Shown in pieces: positions 25,785 through 38,370 of a stretch of DNA of 64,000 nucleotides (its first letter is position 1; each line of letters opens with the position of its first letter). This DNA is from Octopus sinensis (lineage: Eukaryota). Position numbers and translations under genes: made by a program. The DNA is taken from contig NC_043007.1 in assembly GCF_006345805.1 (NCBI RefSeq), forward strand, positions 24,180,001 to 24,244,000, in the 5' to 3' direction. The notes under the pieces were generated by a model, which saw nothing but the letters and a program-made list of their open reading frames with translations, did no database searches and was not told the DNA's origin.

Positions 25785-26000
25785 AAAATGTGACCGCGTG
25801 TGTATCGTTCACAATTATTTTTCCTCCATCTTCCTTTCCTTGGATCTTTCCTTTTCCTATGTTTCTGACGAAGAGCTCCGCTCGAAACATTAAATCCTCC
25901 TTCTTTCTTTCCTTTCCTGAGCGTCCAATAACACTATACTTGTTCCATATCCTCACGTTGTTGTGTTTTCTCTTTGTGTTTTCATGTTTGGATTAACTTT
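25785..26000 (+). mobile_element. Penelope-type pLTR fragment inserted in a SINE-B
   Basis: Carries a hammerhead core; homologous to 47225-47405(-). Confidence 0.65.
25861..25895 (+). ncRNA. Minimal type I hammerhead ribozyme motif (cleavage-site helix mutated)
   Basis: GTTT-CTGACGA-A-GAGC-TCC-GCTC-GAAAC-ATT-AAAT. Confidence 0.7.
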
Positions 26001-26221
26001 ATATATATATATATATAGGATGGGCTTCTTTCTGTTTCCATCTACCAAATCCACTCACACGGTTTTGGTCGGCCTGAGGCTATAGCAAAAGACACTTGCC
26101 GAAGGTGCCACGCAGTGGAACTGAAACCAGAACCATGTGGTTGGTAAGCAAGCTACTTACCACACAGCCACTCCTGCGCCAGTGTTTATCATATTACTTC
26201 CTACACACACACACACACACG

Positions 26222-26570
26222 TGTCCTGGAGAGAACACTTGAAATCAAGATTTGGTAGAGTCCCACAATTGAGATTTCAACAAGCATCAACAGGATCAAT
26301 GACGAAATAGGATGCAGATGCTGAAACTAAATTAGATACGTCCTCAGGTGAGATCAAAAAAGCGATTGTATGATGACACCAAAATGGCAGCCAGGAGGGA
26401 AAAGAACAGCAGGATGCCTTAAAATCACATAGTGAGGGGCCATTGGCAAGGAAAGGAAACAAGAAGGGTGGACATGCTGGAATGAGACCAGAACAGTTAC
26501 AGTAAACAGAACTGGCTGGAGAGATTATATTGTGGCCTCATGTGCCTCATGGCACAGAAGGAATTAACAA
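26222..26570 (+). mobile_element. Degenerate RTE-clade LINE 3' end (second RTE family)
   Basis: Translates ...PKWQPGGKRTAGCLKIT...NRTGWRDYIVASCASWHRRN, the typical W.P.GKR..G..K.TW / R..WR..V.ALC RTE terminus. Confidence 0.75.
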
Positions 26571-26723
26571 ACTAACTATACATATAGTTTTAGGATCACC
26601 ACTACTTTATTATTTCCTCTTCTTCCTAGCTCTCTGGTGTGACCCTTCTGTTCGACATTCGCCACGATAGATCGCTAGCCACTACACGTTCTTTATTTTC
26701 TCTCCTTGTTTCTTTCAGTTTTC

Positions 26724-26759
26724 CTTTCTGTGGAAGAGCATAGGCTTGAAATGTTAAAG
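26724..26759 (+). ncRNA. Degenerate minimal hammerhead motif
   Basis: CTTT-CTGTGGA-A-GAGC-ATAG-GCTT-GAAA-TGTT-AAAG: stem I intact, A6 mutated. Confidence 0.5.
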
Positions 26760-26993
26760 ACTTTTTCCCTTCCCAAGCGTTAAACTAATACATGTTTGTT
26801 GTCTACACCACCTGTCTTTGTCTTTTGTTTTTTTGTGAATTCTCCCTATACATACATATATACACACACACACACACACACCACACACACATATATATAT
26901 ATAATAATAATATGAGGGAATATTATTCCAAACTTACAGGGAAAAATTCAATTTAGAAATACTAAATCAAATTTCACAAAATATAATATATAC

Positions 26994-27026
<33 letters not shown>

Positions 27027-27089
27027 ATATATAAATTAGAAAAAAACACCTTTTATCAATTCAATAATGAAAAATTAAATTATACCATG

Positions 27090-27126
<37 letters not shown>

Positions 27127-28392
27127 TCATCATCATCATTTAACGTCCATTTTCCAAGCTGGCATGGGTCAGACAGTTTGACTGGAGCTGGCAAGCTGGA
27201 GAGCTGCACCAGGCTCCAGTCATCTGTCTTTGCTTGGTTTGTATGGCTGGATACCCTTCCTAACACCAACCATTTTACAGAGTATACTGGATGTCTTTTA
27301 CGTGTCCCCAGCATGGGTGCCTTTTACTTATCACTAGCACTGACTATGATCAAGGCCATGATTTCACTTAGCTTGACGTGTTTGCTAAAGCACCCGCAAA
27401 TCACCAGAAGTCATAGTCACTTGTCGTCATCATCTACTGAGACTCAACAACTGAAGAATATATACATAGATATTGTTATATTCTGTCATTATTTTTATGC
27501 CCTGCTTTTTCATTCTGGCTTGGGTTGAATGGGACTGCCAACTACTGCAGTCTCTCATTGATCAGTTTAATTTTCAGAGAAACTCGGTTGATGTAAACTA
27601 TGCAGAAGCCCATTATATATCGTAATTGTTATAATGTCTTGTTGTTGAGAGAGGCTCCTTTTCTTTCAATAAAACCATGTTGTCTTCGAAACATATGTCG
27701 AAAGTAAAGGAATTTTATTAACATCTTCGTTCAACTCCATTTATTTATTTATTCATCTATATATATATATACTCTTTTACTTGTTTCAGTTATTTGACTG
27801 TGGCCATGCTGAATCACTGCCTTTAGTCGAGCACATTGACTCCAGGACTTATTCTTTGTAAGCCTCAAAATGGGATCAGCGAATATAAGAGATATGAAAA
27901 TGCCTTATCCTAACAAACGATGACAGATAAGTTTATTCTCCACAGGAAAAGGTAGATACGATCAAGAAAAGGTCTGCTGCTATGTGTCACAAGTCTGCTG
28001 TCCATGAATCTACCAGTCATTCCAATCACAAAGTTTGTGGAAATGATTCACTTATCACTGTTTTTTTTTTTGTTTTTTTTTTAAAAACTAACTCCATAAA
28101 CGAGGATAGATTCTGTTATTTTTAGGCCCAAAAAACGCCCAGGCAGCGACACGTGAAAAAAGAAGCTAAGTATCACATTATTTAAAAATCATTTCAAACA
28201 ACTGTAAATTCCCAAGTAGAGAGTTTCAAATTATAACAATTTTGAAGTTTATTTTCATGACTTGCTCACAAGCTGGCTGTACTTGTGACAAAACACCAAT
28301 CCGATAAGAGAACAAAAATACAGCTGCGTGTGTGTGTGTGTGAATGCGTGTGTCTAATATACAGTTAACAAATCGATGGTATAAATAAATTT

Positions 28393-28812
28393 AAGGCGAC
28401 GAGCTGGCAGAAACGTTAGCACGTCGGGCGAAATGCTTAGCGGTATTTCGGCTGCTGTTACGTTGTGAGTTCAAATTCCGCCGAGGTCGACTTTGCCTTT
28501 CATCCTTTCGGGGTCGATAAATTAAGTACCAGTTATGCACTGGGGTCGATGTAATCGACTTAATACCTATGTCTGTCCTTGTTTGTCCCCTCTGTGTTTA
28601 GCCCCTTGTGGGTAATAAAAAAATAGGTATTTCGGCTGCCATTACGTTGTGAGTTCAAATTCCGCCGAGGTCGACTTTGCTTTTCATCCTTTTGGGGTCG
28701 ATAAATTAAGTACCAGTTATGCACTGGGGTCGATGTAATCGACTTAATACCTATGTCTGTCCTTGTTTGTCCCCTCTATGTTTAGCCCCTTGTGGGTAAT
28801 AAAGAAATAGGT
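28393..28812 (+). mobile_element. Head-to-tail SINE-A dimer
   Basis: Full copy followed by a headless copy, joined at AAATAGGT|ATTTCGGCTGCC. Confidence 0.88.
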
Positions 28813-31265
28813 ATAAATAAAAACCTTTAGTCACAACCAGGATGTCTAACAGTAGATTGCTGTATCTTATTTTAACAATTTTTTTAGTTATAGAATATAT
28901 GTATAGATACATGTGAGCATTTACACACCGACATTAAATCATGTGGTGCTGAGTCAAATTGCCTACACTCTTCAATTTGTTTCAGTAATTGAACTGTGGC
29001 AATGCTGGGGCATCACCTTGAAGAGGTGATCAACCCAGATCAACCCCAGTATCTATTTTTAAAGTCTGGTACTTATTCTGTCAGTCTCTTTTACTGAAGC
29101 ACTAAGTTATAGGAATGTAAGCAAACCAACACCAGTTATAAAGCAGTAGTGGTTCATAAACACAAAGGACACATCCACAAAGATATATATATATACACAT
29201 ATACGTATGATGGGCTTCTTTCAGTTTCTATCTGCCAAGTCCACTCAAAAAGCTTTGGTTAACCTGGGCTACAATAGAAAACACTTGTCCAAGGTGCTGC
29301 ACATTGGAACTGAACCTAAGACCACTGGTTGGGAGGCAAGCTTCTTACCTGTAATGTTAAAGAGTCAGTACGAAAGGAGAGTTTCAATAGCTAGCTATTA
29401 TCAATGCAGAAAGCACGACCATGAGGGTATGTGGCTCACTTCATTGTTACTTTTTCTTCAAATATAACCTCAAATCGACAGAAGACTTGTGAGTAAAATT
29501 TGGCCGACAGAAACTGGGCCTGCTATATGAGCTACTCATGTTTTGCAGTAACAGACCCTAAACAATTAATGATCTAAGATGAAGAAACAAAAAAATGAAA
29601 AATATTTTTAAAACTTTAAACTATCATCCATCTTCTCTCCTTTTTATGAAACTTCATAGAATGTTCAATTTAGTCTAATTAATTTGTGCCTCAAGTTATG
29701 CTGTGCTGATGATTCTAAAAGAGCGGTTACCAATGACAAAAAACCCCATAAATTTAGGGATTTTACTTTAGTTTGAGTAAGAAAAAAAATTAAAAATTAC
29801 ACATGCAACTTCGTTTAAAAGAGATGATATTGTCTCCCTTTTAATGGCAAATTCACCACCAGAGGTAGAGCACATGTTTGAAAGACTCTGTTTTATCATC
29901 TGGTTTAATGCCACCATCTGGTCCTTGGGTGCCTTTAGCAGAGTCTACTCTTTTGCAGGCACCTAGGCCAGGTCTCTGGTCTGAAGATAACTTCCTCCTT
30001 TCCTCCCAGCAGATGCTTTGAGTTTTAATGACCTAGTGCCCCCTACCCTTTCCCTGATGCACCAAGCCATTGAGGCCTTGATAAGTTATGCATTTCCTCC
30101 ACTGATTAAGCAAAAAAAAAAAAAAGGAAGAAAAAAAAGGAAAAAAAAAGAAGCTTGAGATTTGCTTCTGTGGTAAGTGTTTCTGTCCTTCATTTGTTTG
30201 TTTTGTAGGTGAAGGCCACCATGTGACATGTGTGGTCTGATGAGTTCTATAATTGAAAGATAACATTTTTATCAAATATAAATATTGACAGATATCTTAG
30301 CAAATGTTACATTTTAGCAACATCAGCTTCTAACACACCCAGACCTAGACTGAGCTATAATCTAGCACAGAATTAGAAGTTTTTGTAAGGATTCAGTGTT
30401 AGCAATTTGATATTCATTGATATTGTTGTTATTTTGTCCTGTGTTTTTGTACATAGGACGGGAGACAGATGTCTTGCAGCATTTGTTATGGATTTTAAGT
30501 TCAATTCTCACTGTAGTCTACTGAGGTGGTTGACTTAATCAATCATCCAGGTTAACCCGTTAGCAGTTAAACTGGTCTCAGAGCACTGCATCCTTCAAAA
30601 CTTCCATGCTTCCTGAGATTCGCCAACACTACACCTGATTTTCTTCCCTCCATACACACACAAGCATGTATCTGACTCATACACTGTTCACTTCCCAGAC
30701 ATTTGTACATTACTGCATTATGCTTTATACGCACTTTTGACAAGTTGTGGAGCACCTGAGCACTGTATACAATAATTTCATTATATTATTATATATATAT
30801 CCGGCCCAAATATTCTACCTACATTACATTCAAACCAGCCAGGAATTGGCCCCTTACACCTGCCCTACAATGTCATTGTAAAAACAAACAATCACATCAG
30901 TGAAATCTCAAAGCTATAAGATAGTGCATAATTAATGCAAAACAATATGAATAAATAAGCATTACATTTGACAGAATAATCTGAATGCTAAAGGATTAAT
31001 ATCACTATGCGGTTCTAGGGCATTTTTACTGAAATTCATTTTGTTGTATGTATTTGGATTACGTCTCTATTTTTGTGGCTGTGTGCTAAGTAGCTTGCTT
31101 ACGAACCACATGGTTCCGGGTTCAGTCCCACTGCGTGGCACCTTGGGCAAGTGTCTTCTACTATAGCCTCGGGCCGACCAAAGCCTTGCGAGTGGATTTG
31201 GTAAACAGAAACTGAAAGAAGCCCATCGTATATATGTATATATATATATATATACACATATATAA

Positions 31266-31300
<35 letters not shown>

Positions 31301-33045
31301 CATGTGTGTCTGCGTTTGTCCCCCATCATCACTTGACAACCGATGCTGGTGTGTTTACGTCCTCGTAACTTAGCAGTTCGGCAAAAGAGACCGATAGAAT
31401 AAGTACTAGGATTACAAAGAATAAGTCCTGGGGTCGATTTGATCGACTAAAGGCAGTGCTCCAGTATGGCCACAGTCACATAACTGAAACGAGTAAAAGC
31501 GTAACAGTTTCAAGGGACTCTGAAAAGGGTCATGGATATTTCCCTTCATCTTGACACAGCAATAAAAAGAAAATACCTATGATCAAAAGTGCTCCAGTTT
31601 TCTCCATCCTGCTCTTTTTTTTGTTTTTGTTTCTCCCTGATACAAAGCTAAGCCTAGACTATCCAAAATATCCTGTGATTAAAAAATTTTTTTATTTCTT
31701 TATTGCCCACAAGGGGCTAAACATAGAGGGGACAAACAAGGACAGACAAAGGGGTTAAGTAGATTACATCGACCCCAGTGCATAACTGGTACTTAATTTA
31801 TCGATCCCCGAAAGGATGAAAGGCAAAGTCGACCTCGGCGGAATTTGAACTCAGAACGTAACGGCAGACGAAATGCCGCTAAGCATTTTGCCCGATGTGC
31901 TAGCGTTTCTGCCAGCTCGCTGTCAGTGATTTGAAGATTTAACTGCTATTTTTAACAGGCCAGGCAACCATACAAAACATTCTCATTGATTCAGGATATT
32001 TATTGAGATTCAATTTAGAAGTAAAAGAAGAGATAAGCATTTATGTAAGAACAAAGAATAATGATGTGTGTCGGTGTGAATGTAAAGAAGTAGGCATGGC
32101 TAAGAGTTTAGGAAGTTTCTTTTGGATTCATGAAGCCCCAGGAGTACAGATTTATGTTCCCCCCACTCATACACACACACATATATATATATATATATCC
32201 ACTACAAGGTCCAGTTCTTGTTTTGGTGTGGTGACTTATATGTCTCAATGACCCTGAGATCTTTACCAACAAAGTGCATGTTCCTCATAGGGCCTCTTAT
32301 ATTGGACAGGTTAAATGACAGGGGCCAGACTGATATACATTACCTCTTCCCAAAGGATAAAAATGGGTTTGTGTAAGGGTTAACACTCCAATACAGGTTT
32401 TGAAATTCATATAAAATCGAAATTGAACCAAATTCGATGACTGGCACCCATGCCAGTGGAGCGCTAACAGCTCCATCCAAGCGGGATCACTGCCAGAGCA
32501 GCTGTCTGGCACGTAAAGAGCACCTTTTGAGCGTGATCGTTGTCAGCGTCGCCTCATTGACACTTGTGCCGGTGGCACGTGAACAAAACATTCGAGCGAG
32601 GTCATTGCCAGTGCTGCTGGACTGACTCCTGTGCAGTTGGCATGTAAAAAACACCATTTTTGAGCGTGGCCATTGCCAGTACTGCCAGACTGGCCCCCGT
32701 GCCGGTGGCACTTTAAAAGCACCCACTACACTCTCGGAGTGGTTGGCGTTAGGAAGGGCAGAAGGGCATCCAGCTGTAGAAACTCTGCCAGATCAGATTG
32801 GAGCCTGGCGCAGCCATCTGGTTCGCTAGTCCTCAGTCAAATCATCCAGCCCATGCTAGCATGGAAAGCGGACGTTAAATGATGATGATGATGATGATAA
32901 AATCAACATTAAGTACCTCCCTTACCAGGTTTACTTAATGAATTTAAAATCCATTTCAGCTAACATACACACAGGTTTTGAAATCTTCATAGAAGAAATG
33001 GCACTTCATTTTCCCACATTATTTGGGATATGAAGAACTAAAGCC

Positions 33046-33383
33046 GGCACTGTCATGCCTTTGGGTGTCAGAAGTGAAAGTAGAGAAATCTGACGTCAGA
33101 CGTCAACTTCGTGTATTTACGTCGTCTTTCGTTTATTTACGCCGTTTATTTACGTACCACTGAAATGCAAGTAAAAGCTTGTATGTATGTATGTATGTAT
33201 GTATGTATGTATATATATATATACATACATACATACATACATACATACAAGCTTTTACTTGCATTTCAGTGGTACGTAAATAAACGGCGTAAATAAACGA
33301 AAGACGACGTAAATACACGAAGTTGACGTCTGACGTCAGATTTCTCTACTTTCACTTCTGACACCCAAAGGCATGACAGTGCC
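33046..33383. mobile_element. Fully palindromic MITE, GG termini, 8-bp TSD (Merlin-like)
   Basis: Arms are exact reverse complements apart from one TATG unit in the centre; CTAAAGCC at 33038-33045 and 33384-33391. Confidence 0.9.
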
Positions 33384-33859
33384 CTAAAGCCAATAAACAT
33401 AAAACAGAATATTCTTTTCAGAGGAAAAGCATATAGAAAGCAAAAAAGTTTGCACCAGTGAGAGCTTTGAAATTCTCTTCAACAAGATCCTAATACACAA
33501 TTTACACTAAAAATGACTGTTTTCATACCAGCATAAAATTATTTTGATCTAGTTTCTTATTTTTTTCAACAGTATTTGAATTCTTAAGTAATTGTGTGTG
33601 CATGTGTGTGCGTGTGTATAAGTATGTATATACACATATACACACATAAGGATGTATGGGTATATGTGTTTATGCAAGTTCAGGCATGTGCATGAATATT
33701 TATTCCAGTCTCCATTAGTTTATTAAATGATCGCATGTTTGTTTCCTGGTCTACCATTATTTATTGATTAGTTATTTACACTAAGTCTTATTCAGTCAAA
33801 GCAATATACATGCTTTTGTCTAAGTTCACAAGTATAATTATATTTGCTTGCATGTATAC

Positions 33860-33895
<36 letters not shown>

Positions 33896-34171
33896 TGAAT
33901 GTGTGTATCTTTTACTTCTTTCAGTCATTTTGACTGTGGCCATGCAGGGATGGGCACCACCAAGAAGGAGTTTTAACTGAACAAATTGCCCCCTATAATT
34001 ATTGTTTTTTAATCTGGAAATTATTCAATTGAGCCACTAAGTTACAGGAATGTAAACAAGCCAACAATGGTTGCCAAGTAGTAGGCGGGGCACACAAATG
34101 CAACACAAACACACACATATATGAACATATATATGTGTGTGTGTGTGTGTCTAGGTATGTATATGTATGTC

Positions 34172-34218
<47 letters not shown>

Positions 34219-34534
34219 CTTTCTCCTCTCCCTATATATATATATATATGGTGGTGCCCCAGCATGGCCACAGCACATGAGCTGAAACTAGATGAAATAA
34301 AAAAAAATGAAATAAATATATATACACACACAGACAAACACACACACACACACTCACACATGATGGGTTTCCACACAGTCTCCATCAACCAAATTCACTT
34401 ATACAGCATTAGTTGGTTTGGGGTCATGGTAGAAGTTACTTGCCCAAGGTGCAACACAATATGACTAAACCCAAAACATGAGGCCCAACATTCAGAACTC
34501 ATGCTACTTGCAACATATATATATATATACACAT

Positions 34535-34842
34535 ATGGATGAGGACAGCTGTGTGAAGAAGTGTCACACCCTATAAATGGAAGGAACCTGTGGAAGAGGT
34601 AGACACAGAATGAGGTGGTGAAGCACAAACTTCGAACGTTGGGCCTCACAGAGGCAATGACAAGTGACTGAGACCTTTGGAGATATACTATACTTGAGAA
34701 AACCTGACAAGCCAAGTGAGATCATAGTCATGGCTGATGTTAGTGTCGCATAACTGGCCCGTTTAAAAGCTCCCTTCAACTGTTGGGCAATATACCATGC
34801 TTGTGAAGATCTGTTGAACCAAGTGAAATCATAGTCGTGACC
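34535..34842 (+). mobile_element. RTE LINE 3' end, same family as 3825-4400
   Basis: MDEDSCVKKCHTL..EGTCGRGR; the 3'UTR continues into the tandem array. Confidence 0.85.
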
Positions 34843-36344
34843 GATGCCAGTGCCACCTGACTGGCTCTTGGAATGGTTGGCTGTAGAAACCTTGCCAAAT
34901 CAGATTGGAGCTTGGTACAGCCTCCTGTCTTGCCAGTTCTCAGTCAAACCATCCTGTGTCGGTGGCATGAAAAAAGCACCATTCAAGTGTGGCTGATGTC
35001 AGTGCCGCATGACTGGCTCTTGGAATGGTTGGCTGTAGAAACCTTGCCAAATCAGATTGGAGCTTGGTACAGCCTCCTGTCTTACCAGTTCTCAGTCAAA
35101 CCATCCTGTGTCGGTAGCATGAAAAAAGCACCATTTGAGTGTGATTGATGCCAGTGCCACCTGACTGGCTCTTGGAGTGGTTGGCTGTAGAAAACTTGCC
35201 AAATCAGATTGGAGCTTGGTACAGCCTCCTGTCTTACCAGTTCTCAGTCAAACCATCCTGTGTCGGTAGCATGAAAAAAGCACCATTTGAGTGTGATTGA
35301 TGCCAGTGCCACCTGACTGGCTCTTGGAGTGGTTGGCTGTAGAAAACTTGCCAAATCAGATTGGAGCTTGGTACAGCCTCCTGTCTTACCAGTTCTCAGT
35401 CAAACCATCCTGTGTCGGTGGCATGAAAAAAGCACCATTTGAGTGTGACCGATGCCAGTGCCACCTGACTGGCTCTTGGAATGGTTGGCTGTAGAAACCT
35501 TGCCAAATCCGATTGGAGCTTGGTACAGCCTCCTGTCTTACCAGTTCTCAGTCAAACCATCCTGTGTCGGTGACACGAAAAAAAGCACCATTCGAGTGTG
35601 ACTGATGCCAGTGCCACCTGACTGGCTCTTGGAGTGGTTGGCTGTAGAAAACTTGCCAAATCAGATTGGAGCTTGGTACAGCCTCCTGTCTTACCAGTTC
35701 TCAGTCAAACCATCATGTGTCGGTGGCATGAAAAAAGCACCATTTGAGTGTGATTGATGCCAGTGCCACCTGACTGGCTCTTGGAGTGGTTGGCTGTAGA
35801 AACCTTGCCAAATCAGATTGGAGCTTGGTACAGTCTCCTGTCTTACCAGTTCTCAGTCAAACCATCATGTGTCGGTGGCATGAAAAAAGCACCATTTGAG
35901 TGTGATTGATGCCAGTGCCACCTGACTGGCTCTTGGAGTGGTTGGCTGTAGAAACCTTGCCAAATCAGATTGGAGCTTGGTACAGCCTCCTGTCTTACCA
36001 GTTCTCAGTCAAACCATCCTGTGTCGGTGGCATGAAAAAAGCACCATTTGAGTGTGATTGATGCCAGTGCCACCTGACTGGCTCTTGGAGTGGTTGGCTG
36101 TAGAAACCTTGCCAAATCAGATTGGAGCTTGGTACAGCCTCCTGTCTTACCAGTTCTCAGTCAAACCATCATGTGTCGGTGGCATGAAAAAAGCACCATT
36201 TGAGTGTGATTGATGCCAGTGCCACCTGACTGGCTCTTGGAGTGGTTGGCTGTAGAAACCTTGCCAAATCAGATTGGAGCTTGGTACAGCCTCCTGTCTT
36301 ACCAGTTCTCAGTCAAACCATCATGTGTCGGTGGCATGAAAAAA
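34843..36344 (+). repeat. 152-bp minisatellite, ~10 units, derived from the RTE 3'UTR
   Basis: CTGGCTCTTGG recurs at 34861, 35013, 35165, 35317, 35469, 35622, 35774, 35926, 36078 and 36230; the normal LINE tail resumes at 36345-36430. Confidence 0.95.
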
Positions 36345-37960
36345 GCCTCCTGTCTTACCAGTTTTCTGTCAAACCATCCAACCCATGCCAGCATGGAAAG
36401 CGAACATTAAACGACGACAATGATGGTGATGATATATATATACATATATACACATACATATATTTCAACACTCTATCACTTATCTCTGTTATTTGCCTCC
36501 CATATGTTCCATCTTGAATCTGAAGACGAACATCTAACTATCACTTTCAGCACCTAATATAAGTAAACAGCATAAGTTTCTCATCTATCAAATTAGCTTA
36601 AAGCTATTTCCTCACATATATTTTCCATATACATTTATCCATCTTTCAATATTCTGTTTACTTGTAGCTTATATTCATATACATCTATGTGTGTATGAAT
36701 GCATATATGTGTGTGCATGTCTATTTTTTTCATTACTGCCAGTAAAGTAATTAACGGAGTTAATTACTTCTGATTTATATATGTGCAAGTAGGCATGTAT
36801 ATATATATATATATTACTCTAGTGTTTTTTACCCCCTTAATAACCTCCCATAATTTTTTCACTCTTCATTCTAATCCAAACATAAAAACTCTAGCTATTT
36901 CTTTCAATGCCATATATAAGCAAATACAAACTTCTCTCGCTTATAAATTAGTTTAAAATGTTCCCTCAAATTTCTTTCACACATATGTTTTAATGCTAGA
37001 ACTCTTTAACTGAACTCCAATCTATTTTTTATATACGTATTTTAACTTAAAGTTGTCAGCTTTTTTATTTCTGTGTCACTCACCACACACTTTACCAGTT
37101 ACTAGCTTCTAATTACTTTTACGTAATTAATTGTATAAACACCACACTAAATTACATCGAGAAATTCTCAACTTATTTTCCTCAAACCTCATTATTTTAA
37201 CTGTTTTACAAATCTAAATCCCAAGCCCTTTTAAATTAACCTGTGAATATATATCCCTTTATTGTTACAATTACTGACCCTGGAATTTGTGGGTTCCTTC
37301 CTTTCTCTTAATAATCCATTAAAACTACCATTTTTTCTTTTTTTTTTTTTGCTTTGATTAAAATTCCTACTAATATTGATTTGGCTTGTTTTTCCCATAA
37401 AAAGAATATAAATGCTTTCAGGATGGCAAGCTGGCAGACTCGTTAGAATGCCGGGTGAAATGCTTAATGGTATTTCATCTGCTGCTAAGTTCTGAGTTCA
37501 AATTCCACCGAGGTTGACTTTGCCTTTCATCCTTTCAGGGTCAATTAAATAAGTATCGACTTAATCCCTTTGTCTGTCCTTGTTTGTCCCTTCCATGTTT
37601 AGCCCCCAGTGGGCAATAAAGAAATAAATATAAATACCTTTTTTTAACACCTTTTACATGCTGGTGCCCTGTAAAAGCCAGTGCCACACAAAAAATACCC
37701 ATGCTGGTGCCACATAAAAAGACTCATGCTGGTACCACTTAAAAAGCACTCCTGCCAGCAGCATACAAGAGGCACCAGTGCTGGTACCACATAGTAGCAT
37801 TGGTGCTGGTGCCACATAAAAAGCACCCAGTACACTCTGTAAAGTGGCTGGCATTAGGAAGGGCATCCAGTCACAGAAAGCATGCCAAAACAGACAATTG
37901 TGTCCTGGTGCAGCTCTCCAACTGGCCAGCACCTGTCAAACAGTCCAACCCATTAGAACA

Positions 37961-37994
<34 letters not shown>

Positions 37995-38069
37995 CGACCA
38001 TATTTCCCCACCACAGCATTTTCTACACGTTTATTTTTTTCTATTTTTTTCCGTAGTGTTGCTTATCCA

Positions 38070-38370
38070 CCACAAGGTGCAGCCCTTGTTGCATTGTGGT
38101 GGCTTGTGTGCCTCAATGACCCTCAGAGCTATGCCAGCAGAGAACACACTACAGGTATGGCCCCTCCATGTTGGATAGATCAAAGTACAGAGGCCAGACT
38201 AAAATGGACCACCTCTTTGCAGAGGTAAAATGGACTTGCATGAGGCCAACACACCTAGAAAACAACAAAGTTACAGAAGCATCAAAGACACTTCAAACCA
38301 AAGAAGATCCGGAAGAGGACGGACAGCCCAGTGTTGAGGACAGAGGAAAAAAGCCTTCCTAAAGTGGCAG
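38070..38370 (+). mobile_element. Degenerate RTE 5'UTR fragment
   Basis: GGCTTGTGTGCCTCAATGACCCT.AGAGCTATGCC...AGAGGCCAGACTAA pattern recalled from RTE 5' ends. Confidence 0.5.

Noticed and set aside
30236-30260. CTGATGAG...GAAA hammerhead-like string
   Set aside because: No convincing stem I, II or III pairing.
33111-33318. Near-identical 61-aa ORFs on opposite strands
   Set aside because: A trivial consequence of the DNA palindrome, not a gene pair.
34843-36344. CRISPR-like or coding tandem array (repeated MMPVPPDWLLEW ORFs)
   Set aside because: Units are contiguous with no unique spacers and derive from a LINE 3'UTR; eukaryotic context.
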